Under the pieces are notes generated by a model that saw only the letters and a list, made by a program, of their open reading frames with translations, searched no databases and was not told the origin of the DNA. The position numbers and the translations under genes were made by a program. A stretch of DNA of 64,000 nucleotides from Thermoplasmata archaeon (GTDB taxonomy: Archaea; Thermoplasmatota; E2; DHVEG-1), in contig JAHWGK010000003.1 of assembly GCA_020054495.1 (NCBI GenBank), positions 13,312 through 77,311 on the forward strand. The letters are read 5' to 3'. Below are positions 57,417 to 64,000 of the stretch, piece by piece (within the stretch, counting starts at the first letter, position 1; each line of letters starts with the position of its first letter).

Positions 57417-58388
57417 ATGGGGAGAATGCTTCAAATGATGCCAAGATCATCAAAAAAGAAAAAAGAAAAGCCAAATATTGAGGAAATAACTAGATGTCCA
57501 CAGTGTGGTGGTACACATCTAACTAAGGATTATTCTAGAGCAGAGTTAGTTTGTGAAGATTGTGGACTTGTAATTGATGAAGGTTTTATTGATCATGGTC
57601 CTGAATGGCGGGCATTTGACAGTGACCAAAGAGAAAAACGAGCTCGTGTTGGGGCTCCAATGACTTATACTATTCATGATAAAGGTCTTAGTACAATGAT
57701 TGGTTGGAAAAACCGTGATTCTTATGGTAAATCTATACCAACTAGAAACAGGGCTCAGTTGTATCGTTTAAGAAAATGGCAAAGAAGAATTAGAATTAGT
57801 GATGCTACCGAAAGAAACCTTGCCTTTGCCTTATCTGAACTTGACAGAATGGCATCTGGTATGAGTTTACCTAGGAACGTCAGAGAAACAGCAGCTATGA
57901 TATATAGAAAAGCTGTTCTTAAGAATCTTATTCGTGGAAGAAGTATCGAGGGCGTATCTGCTGCTGCCCTATATGCCGCATGTAGACAATGTAATGTTCC
58001 AAGAACCCTTGACGAGATTGCAGGTTCTTCAAGAGTGTCACGTAAAGAGATTGGAAGAACATATCGATTTATTGCTCGTGAACTTGGACTTAAACTTATG
58101 CCTACATCACCCCAGGATTACATTTCAAGGTTCTGTAGTGAGCTGAAACTTAGTGGCGATGTACAATCAAAAGCTATTGAAATTTTAAAAGATGCAGCTG
58201 ATAAGGAACTTACTAGTGGACGAGGACCAACTGGTGTTGCCGCAGCCTCTATATATATTGCTTCTATTCTTTGTGGTGAGCGAAGGACTCAAAGGGAAGT
58301 TGCTGATGTTGCAGGTGTAACAGAAGTTACTATTCGAAATAGGTACAAGGAACTTGCAGAACGTCTGGATATTGACATTATTCTTTAG
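57417..58388 (+). CDS. tfb: Transcription initiation factor IIB (TFB)
   Basis: Zinc ribbon CPQCGG...CEDCG, B-reader GPEWRAF, and two cyclin-fold repeats. Confidence 0.95.
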   Translation: MGRMLQMMPRSSKKKKEKPNIEEITRCPQCGGTHLTKDYSRAELVCEDCGLVIDEGFIDHGPEWRAFDSDQREKRARVGAPMTYTIHDKGLSTMIGWKNRDSYGKSIPTRNRAQLYRLRKWQRRIRISDATERNLAFALSELDRMASGMSLPRNVRETAAMIYRKAVLKNLIRGRSIEGVSAAALYAACRQCNVPRTLDEIAGSSRVSRKEIGRTYRFIARELGLKLMPTSPQDYISRFCSELKLSGDVQSKAIEILKDAADKELTSGRGPTGVAAASIYIASILCGERRTQREVADVAGVTEVTIRNRYKELAERLDIDIIL

Positions 58389-58393
58389 TTCAT

Positions 58394-58993
58394 ATGACCC
58401 GCTGGTACAGTGAAAAAAAGAAAGAACATTTTTATAAAGAAGCAAAGCGGGTTGGATATCGAGCCCGCTCAGCATTTAAATTAAAACAAATTCAGAAAAA
58501 ATTTAAGATTTTGAAAGAAGATAACACAGTTATTGATCTTGGTGCGGCTCCAGGTGGTTGGAGTCAGGTTGCCAAAGAAATTGTTGGTGAAAAAGGAAAA
58601 GTTATTGGTATCGACATTTCACCGATTAAACCAATTAGTGGAATATTTTTTTTACAAAGCGATATGACCAAGAGATCATCAATACAAGATATTAAAAGCA
58701 TAACTGGTGACAAAAAAATAGATGTTATTCTTTCAGATATGTCCCCAGACATCTCAGGTAATTACTCGGTTGATCATGCGAGAAGCATTTATCTTTGTGA
58801 ACAAGCATTTCAGACCGCAGAATTACTTCTAAAAAAAGATGGAAACTTTATTTGTAAAATATTTGCAGGAGAATATTTACAGGATTTTGTTAAAAAGATA
58901 AATAAAAGATTTAGAACTGTGAAATATTTTTCTCCTGATGCCTCTCGAAAGAGCAGCTCAGAGATATACTTAATTGCAAAATCTTTCAATTAA
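58394..58993 (+). CDS. rlmE: 23S rRNA 2-O-ribose methyltransferase RlmE/FtsJ
   Basis: YRARSAFKL..I, DLGAAPGGWSQV, and DVILSDMSP. Confidence 0.9.
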   Translation: MTRWYSEKKKEHFYKEAKRVGYRARSAFKLKQIQKKFKILKEDNTVIDLGAAPGGWSQVAKEIVGEKGKVIGIDISPIKPISGIFFLQSDMTKRSSIQDIKSITGDKKIDVILSDMSPDISGNYSVDHARSIYLCEQAFQTAELLLKKDGNFICKIFAGEYLQDFVKKINKRFRTVKYFSPDASRKSSSEIYLIAKSFN

Positions 58994-59141
58994 TTAGGAT
59001 TTAATTTAGATATGTGAATAATAAATTGAATATTGCAGGATGTTTGTTCTATAAAATTTAAATATAATTATCCATGTCATATAAATTAAAAAGTATAGTT
59101 TAGATATTAAAGTTTAAATACAAAACATTTATATCCTCGAC

Positions 59142-59163
59142 TTGATTAGCAATTGTTAATCAA
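59142..59163 (+). repeat. Near-perfect 22-bp palindrome in an extremely AT-rich 280-bp gap
   Basis: TTGATTAGCAATTGTTAATCAA is self-complementary at 20 of 22 positions. It lies about 115 bp upstream of the polyprenyl synthase ATG. Confidence 0.4.
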
Positions 59164-59277
59164 ATATATGAATTAAAAAGGAATTGGAGCGAAAGTATTA
59201 TAAAATATGTATTATAATATATAATATAAAGAGTTCACTCTTCTGGTGCAACATAGTACCAAGTGGGGGAAGTATCA

Positions 59278-60246
59278 ATGGCAAAAGAACAATCAATAAA
59301 ACTAGATGATTTCGTCGAAAATTCAAAAGATGAGCTGGAAAAAAAGATAGTAGATCTGATTTCTGATAAAAAAATAGCTTCAATATTAGCAGGTGGAAAA
59401 CGTTTACGTCCATTACTTGCAAATCTTTCTTTCAAAGCTTGTACACAAGGAAACGAAACACCCCTTCAATATCAAAGAGCTCTAGAGGGTGCTGTTGTCA
59501 TCGAACTTGCGCATGCAGCTTCTCTAGTTCATGATGATATAATTGATAAAGATGAAGAACGCCGAGGGGAACCTGCTTTTCACATAAAAGAAGGTGTTGC
59601 CAATGCCATTCTTACTGGTCATAAAATGCTTGTTACCGGATTTAATATTACATTAAAACATGGAAAAGAAGTTGCTAAGTTATACGTTGATTCATGGAAC
59701 GAAGTTGTAAATGGTGAACTTGACGAAGTAACTTTCAACAAAAAAGACGTTAAAAACTTAAAAGAAGCATCTACAAAATCAAAAATTTTTGAGGCATATA
59801 ACAAAATAATCGATTTGAAAACAGCTGTACTATTTTCTTCTGCATGTAAGGCTGGGGCTATTGAGGCAAATATGTCAGGTGACATTCTTAATGTATTTTC
59901 AAATTATGGGCGGGAAATTGGACGTGCTTATCAGCTTGCTGATGATCTTGTAGATTTAGCAAATGGAGAAATGATAGATAGTGTAATAGTTCCTCTTTTA
60001 AACAGATTAGAGCACAAAAAAATTAAGATAGGAACTATGGAAAAAAGAGAAATTAAAAAGGAATTTTTGAAAAACCAAGATAAAATCCAAGAGTTTTATA
60101 TTGCGGAAATCAAAAAACATGTAAGAAAAGCTGAGGAATTAGGTAAATCTAAAGCAATCCCATCTTCGCCTTATAAGGATATGCTTACAGATGCACCAAC
60201 TTACATAATAAACAGAATGTTAAGAGAAATAAACATTACAATTTAA
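59278..60246 (+). CDS. Polyprenyl (GGPP-type) diphosphate synthase
   Basis: First Asp-rich motif LVHDDIIDKD and second motif QLADDLVD. A GGGGGA RBS sits 7 nt before the ATG at 59278. Confidence 0.85.
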   Translation: MAKEQSIKLDDFVENSKDELEKKIVDLISDKKIASILAGGKRLRPLLANLSFKACTQGNETPLQYQRALEGAVVIELAHAASLVHDDIIDKDEERRGEPAFHIKEGVANAILTGHKMLVTGFNITLKHGKEVAKLYVDSWNEVVNGELDEVTFNKKDVKNLKEASTKSKIFEAYNKIIDLKTAVLFSSACKAGAIEANMSGDILNVFSNYGREIGRAYQLADDLVDLANGEMIDSVIVPLLNRLEHKKIKIGTMEKREIKKEFLKNQDKIQEFYIAEIKKHVRKAEELGKSKAIPSSPYKDMLTDAPTYIINRMLREINITI

Positions 60247-60316
60247 AAAAAATAAAAATCTCTCTTATCTATATTATTTTCTTATAATTTTTACTTGATA
60301 TGAAAAAACTTTGTTA

Positions 60317-60766
60317 TTAAGGGGCTTCAAAATAAAGTTTAATAGCGGGTCGTGTCAGATAAAATACAATACCAATATCTATGATAAATGAAAGGACAAC
60401 TGTTACAAGCCCTGCAACAGAGAACATATCAAGAAACATTATTGCATTTACCATAAATGCACCTAGCATAAGACCAAATATGGCTAGAAATATGGTGGAA
60501 ATTATAACACCTGTTGTCCACACCCAGAGCTCTTTTCTAAAAGTACCATAAGCAAACAGAATAAAAACAGCTGAAAATACAAACCATACAATAGCTGATA
60601 TTAAGTAACCAAAATTAAGTTGTGGGAGAAGTTCTCCTAGCCATTTTTCCCAATTTGGAATTTGTAAAACAACTGAAAGTGAATAAGAGCCCCAATTAAC
60701 AAAAATTACACTTAATGAAAGCCATAATAAAATTAATATGTAAATGACTTTGGGTCTTTCACTCAT
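60317..60766 (-). CDS. 4-TM membrane protein (hypothetical)
   Basis: Four hydrophobic helices; no family recognised. Confidence 0.4.
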   Translation of the reverse strand: MSERPKVIYILILLWLSLSVIFVNWGSYSLSVVLQIPNWEKWLGELLPQLNFGYLISAIVWFVFSAVFILFAYGTFRKELWVWTTGVIISTIFLAIFGLMLGAFMVNAIMFLDMFSVAGLVTVVLSFIIDIGIVFYLTRPAIKLYFEAP

Positions 60767-60820
60767 ATATATTCTCCTACGAAGTATATTAGTATAGTTT
60801 AGGTAAACTTATAGTTTTTC

Positions 60821-63800
60821 TTATTTTTTTCGTTTAATCTTTTTTAATATTTTAAGAATTATTGTTCTGAAATCAGAGTAAGAAACAAATATTAGAATGG
60901 CGATAGAACACAAAAGCAAATAAAATCCAATACTTGGGCCCCAACTACAAGAAATTGTTTCATACAATTTCTCTCCAGGAATATTAACGTCTAGATTCCC
61001 CCCTCCAATAAAACTTCCAACTGTTTGGTTTGCCAATTCAGACATTGCATAAGAAAATACAACAATGGAACCAACAAAGATTAAAATAGTTAAAAGAAAA
61101 ACCAAAAACGAAAGCCTTTTTTTAGAATATCTGTCAAGTATCAAACTTGCTATTACAAAAATAATACCAATAATCATTATCGAGGTTAAAAGCTCCATCA
61201 CAAATAAAAACTCAACAACAACTGTTGTAAATAAAAGGTCGATTTCCCTTTTAAGGGTATCATCTAACTGCGGTAACTCCCCTGACAAAACATTATTACT
61301 TGATGTAATTGTTACCATTTTAGTAGGCACCATAAATAAATTTGTAGATGTATCTAATTGAGAATCAGAAGATGAACCTTGTATTGCCCACCAAGGAGAG
61401 ACAATAGCTATAGCTACAAGTGAAACAGCTAATATTTTGAGGAAAAACATAGCGTTTTTTCTTCTATAACCAATAACTGCAACACCGATTAGTAATATCG
61501 TAGTAAAACCTATTATGAGGTATGGGAGTAGAGGCTCATCAGTTGTCACAACTGTGAATGATTTTTTATTCAAAATTTCAACTTTTCTTTTAGCAACCAA
61601 TTCTCCATCAGAAAATATCTTACTAACATAATTCCCAGGAGGTAGAGAAAAAATCACCTCTCCATTATCATTAGAAGTTCCTTGCGCGTCTTTCTGGTTA
61701 CCTTTCTCTTCTCTTATCATTAAAACTTTTGCACCTTTTAATGGGTTTCCATGCGAGTCAAAAATTGTTGCTGTTACGTTAAAAACTGCGGGAAATATCA
61801 CATTTATATTTTCTCTATCAGGAATACTGATAAGCTCCTCTATTTTATGTGACTTGTAACGAATTTTAAGTGTGTAGTTCCCAGGGTATAGATTGGAAAA
61901 ATGATACTCTTCAAAAGACAACCGTTCTCCTAACATCACGACAGTTTTTTCAAAATCTTTACTTGTAAGGATAACATCTAAAGGTGCTCCAGGTGATAGA
62001 TTCCAACTATCTTTAATATATGCTGTGAAATCATATAGTTTGATTGACAATGATTCAATCTCAGGAATCTCTATCTTTTCAGTTATTTCAAATGAGCTAT
62101 AACTCATTTTTAGAATATAACTAGCAGGATAAAGATCATTGAATTTATACACCCCATCAGACTCATTATCAACATTAATAGTAATTGGATCTACCATTTC
62201 ATCACTGGTGAGACTTAAATCAACATCAAAAGTTGGAACCTTTCCAGAGAAATCTCTAACATTTATATCTAAATCATAAACATCAAAGTTAAATGTCTTT
62301 TTTAATGGGAATAATCTTCTAATTCTTCCTAAACGAATTTGCTCATCATTAATTAAAAACCCTTTGTAAGTAATGTTTAATGTGTATGTTTCACTAATAC
62401 CACAGGGTGCTTTTATAATTGCGTTGCCATTAGAATCACTCTCACTTTTAGCAATTATCATATCATCTTTTTTAAGGTGTACCTTCGCGTTTTTCATTCC
62501 AGAATTATCTTGATTCAAAATGGAAAGACTAACCTTTCCCTCAGGTTTACAATAAATGTGGGTAACTATATCCTCATCTAATTCAACAATGGTATATCCG
62601 ATAAACTGCCGTTCTTTTTCAAAGGCGGATTTTTCTCTGAATATCTTTATGAGATATCGCCCTTCTTCTTCAGAAAAACAAACCTTTTTAAAAAATGATA
62701 AATTCTCCCAGTCAAACAATCCCGGCAATATCTTTATTATTTCTACTAATGTCATCTTTTCAAAATCAGGTGGGACATTTTCTACTATAAGAGGTAGACG
62801 GCCAACAGTGCCTGATGAGGAATAGGTGTAACTATTTTCTTTATATACTTCTGCAGTTAGATATGAGACATTTAATCCCAGACCCGTAGAAATTAATGAT
62901 CCGAGAGGAAACGATGGTACAAGATGGACATAAGCTGTTAAATTAAACTTCTCTGCATCTTCTACATCATCAGTAACATTGTCATCATGAATTGGTTGAT
63001 ATTGAATGAGCTTTTGATACATCTTTGCTTCTTCTTCTACTGTGGGATAACCCCCATCCTCTGAAGTAAAAAACTCTGCATTGAATTCTATTACATAATC
63101 CTCAGGTACCACTTCATCTGGTTCCGCCCCTTCTTCATTTGTATTTCTCATTGCGTGTAAATATACAAAACAAGAATCTAACCCAGGATATTGGAGTTCA
63201 CTTGATTCGTACATTAAAAGCTGTATTCCATCTCGTTCGTCAGTTCCATTTTTAATGATATTATTTGACTCAAATATAATGGCATGTGCTTTTCCAGACT
63301 TGCCTTCGTCAAATGATAACCAAGTAGAGCTTCCAAGATCACAATCATCTTTTTTCCTTACCAATGGCTGAAATACACCTCTTTCAGGATACTGGTCAAT
63401 ATTTTCTTCCCTAATCCGCTCCTCATCACTATAAAAATGTAGATAAGGCGGTATCACACCAAAGTTTAGATCATCAATAGTGCTGCTTTTAATTCTAGCT
63501 GAGGTAAGCGTAACAAAAGCTACATCAATTTCATCTCCCATTGGTAAGGGATAATCAATAACTTCATGCTTTACGTGTGTGTATATTCGTTTATCTTCAG
63601 TAGGGCAATAATAATATTTGTAGATAACCGTCGTCTTAAATAATCCATTAGTCGATTCACTGACGATAGCAAATTTAACCATTAGATTTCCATCTACAAA
63701 TATTTGATGTTTGACCAAACGTTCAGATGAACGTACTGCTTTACGCCATTCTCCATCTTCGAGCCACCAATATACAAATTCAAAGGATGCCCCTATTTCC

Positions 63801-64000
63801 CCATTTTTAGGCATAACTTCTTCTGTACCTTTTTTTAACTTAGCTACTTGTTGAGATATAGGTGTGTCTATAGCCATCCCTTTTTTATTGATTGCATAGA
63901 CAATAAAACCTTCTTCTGTTATCTGGTAAAACTCTGATTCAAAAGGTAATCCTGGTATTTGTTCGTACTCGTAATAAGATTCGTCAACATCAACATGATT
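60821..64000 (-). CDS. Very large membrane-anchored protein with tandem beta-sandwich (carboxypeptidase-regulatory-like) modules; the 5-prime end probably lies outside the window
   Basis: The reading frame stays open from 63877 to the window edge. There are several ~90-aa modules ending in Y.LK..Y-type strands (YTLNITYKGF, YILKMSYSSF, YTLKIRYKSH). The C-terminal ~270 aa contain multiple TM helices. Confidence 0.55.
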   Translation of the reverse strand, partial: NHVDVDESYYEYEQIPGLPFESEFYQITEEGFIVYAINKKGMAIDTPISQQVAKLKKGTEEVMPKNGEIGASFEFVYWWLEDGEWRKAVRSSERLVKHQIFVDGNLMVKFAIVSESTNGLFKTTVIYKYYYCPTEDKRIYTHVKHEVIDYPLPMGDEIDVAFVTLTSARIKSSTIDDLNFGVIPPYLHFYSDEERIREENIDQYPERGVFQPLVRKKDDCDLGSSTWLSFDEGKSGKAHAIIFESNNIIKNGTDERDGIQLLMYESSELQYPGLDSCFVYLHAMRNTNEEGAEPDEVVPEDYVIEFNAEFFTSEDGGYPTVEEEAKMYQKLIQYQPIHDDNVTDDVEDAEKFNLTAYVHLVPSFPLGSLISTGLGLNVSYLTAEVYKENSYTYSSSGTVGRLPLIVENVPPDFEKMTLVEIIKILPGLFDWENLSFFKKVCFSEEEGRYLIKIFREKSAFEKERQFIGYTIVELDEDIVTHIYCKPEGKVSLSILNQDNSGMKNAKVHLKKDDMIIAKSESDSNGNAIIKAPCGISETYTLNITYKGFLINDEQIRLGRIRRLFPLKKTFNFDVYDLDINVRDFSGKVPTFDVDLSLTSDEMVDPITINVDNESDGVYKFNDLYPASYILKMSYSSFEITEKIEIPEIESLSIKLYDFTAYIKDSWNLSPGAPLDVILTSKDFEKTVVMLGERLSFEEYHFSNLYPGNYTLKIRYKSHKIEELISIPDRENINVIFPAVFNVTATIFDSHGNPLKGAKVLMIREEKGNQKDAQGTSNDNGEVIFSLPPGNYVSKIFSDGELVAKRKVEILNKKSFTVVTTDEPLLPYLIIGFTTILLIGVAVIGYRRKNAMFFLKILAVSLVAIAIVSPWWAIQGSSSDSQLDTSTNLFMVPTKMVTITSSNNVLSGELPQLDDTLKREIDLLFTTVVVEFLFVMELLTSIMIIGIIFVIASLILDRYSKKRLSFLVFLLTILIFVGSIVVFSYAMSELANQTVGSFIGGGNLDVNIPGEKLYETISCSWGPSIGFYLLLCSIAILIFVSYSDFRTIILKILKKIKRKK

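Noticed and set aside
58994-59277. Replication origin in the AT-rich gap
   Set aside because: No orc1/cdc6 gene is adjacent and no repeated ORB or mini-ORB elements are present. Only a single palindrome is seen.

Overview
This is a visibly AT-rich, gene-dense chromosomal segment with about 65 protein genes. Intergenic gaps are short, ATGA start/stop overlaps are frequent, and ribosome-binding sites are of the GGAGG type. All calls rest on reading motifs in the ORF translations and the DNA; no homology search was possible. The host is an archaeon: two TBPs, TFB, aRF1, deoxyhypusine synthase, archease, a Tes-like radical SAM protein and a polyprenyl synthase are present. The predicted lifestyle is anaerobic and peptide-degrading, based on class III RNR (nrdDG), a group 4 [NiFe]-hydrogenase, secreted C25 (gingipain-like) peptidases, M32 and M18 peptidases and an OPT peptide transporter. 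I saw no rRNA, tRNA, CRISPR array or intact transposase. The most distinctive content is a scattered nickel-centred neighbourhood at about 13-43 kb. It holds nikR, larB/larC/larE (no larA, and larC has only its N-terminal domain), hypA, a Mrp/MinD-type hypB, hycI, hypE, hypF, hypD and hypC. It also holds a four-gene hydrogenase catalytic module (NuoB-, NuoC-, NuoD- and NuoI-like) with no membrane subunit gene. Other notable items follow. A bacterial-type nrdR with two tandem NrdR boxes heads an nrdR-nrdD-nrdG-DUF1893-trxB cluster. A HEPN/MNT toxin-antitoxin cassette is bracketed by imperfect direct repeats and has phased operator repeats around its TATA box. Two co-transcribed TBP paralogues are present, one asymmetrically diverged. 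A 15-bp motif is shared upstream of a wHTH regulator gene and of an unannotated small ORF. A 44-codon zinc-ribbon ORF is unannotated. A candidate CCUCC-rich small RNA lies in a 330-bp gap. There are two gene-decay patches: an ASST remnant, and a ZIP transporter plus HTH gene. I did not find an unambiguous complete novel system. The membrane-less hydrogenase module, the lar cluster and the nrd cluster accessories are the best leads.
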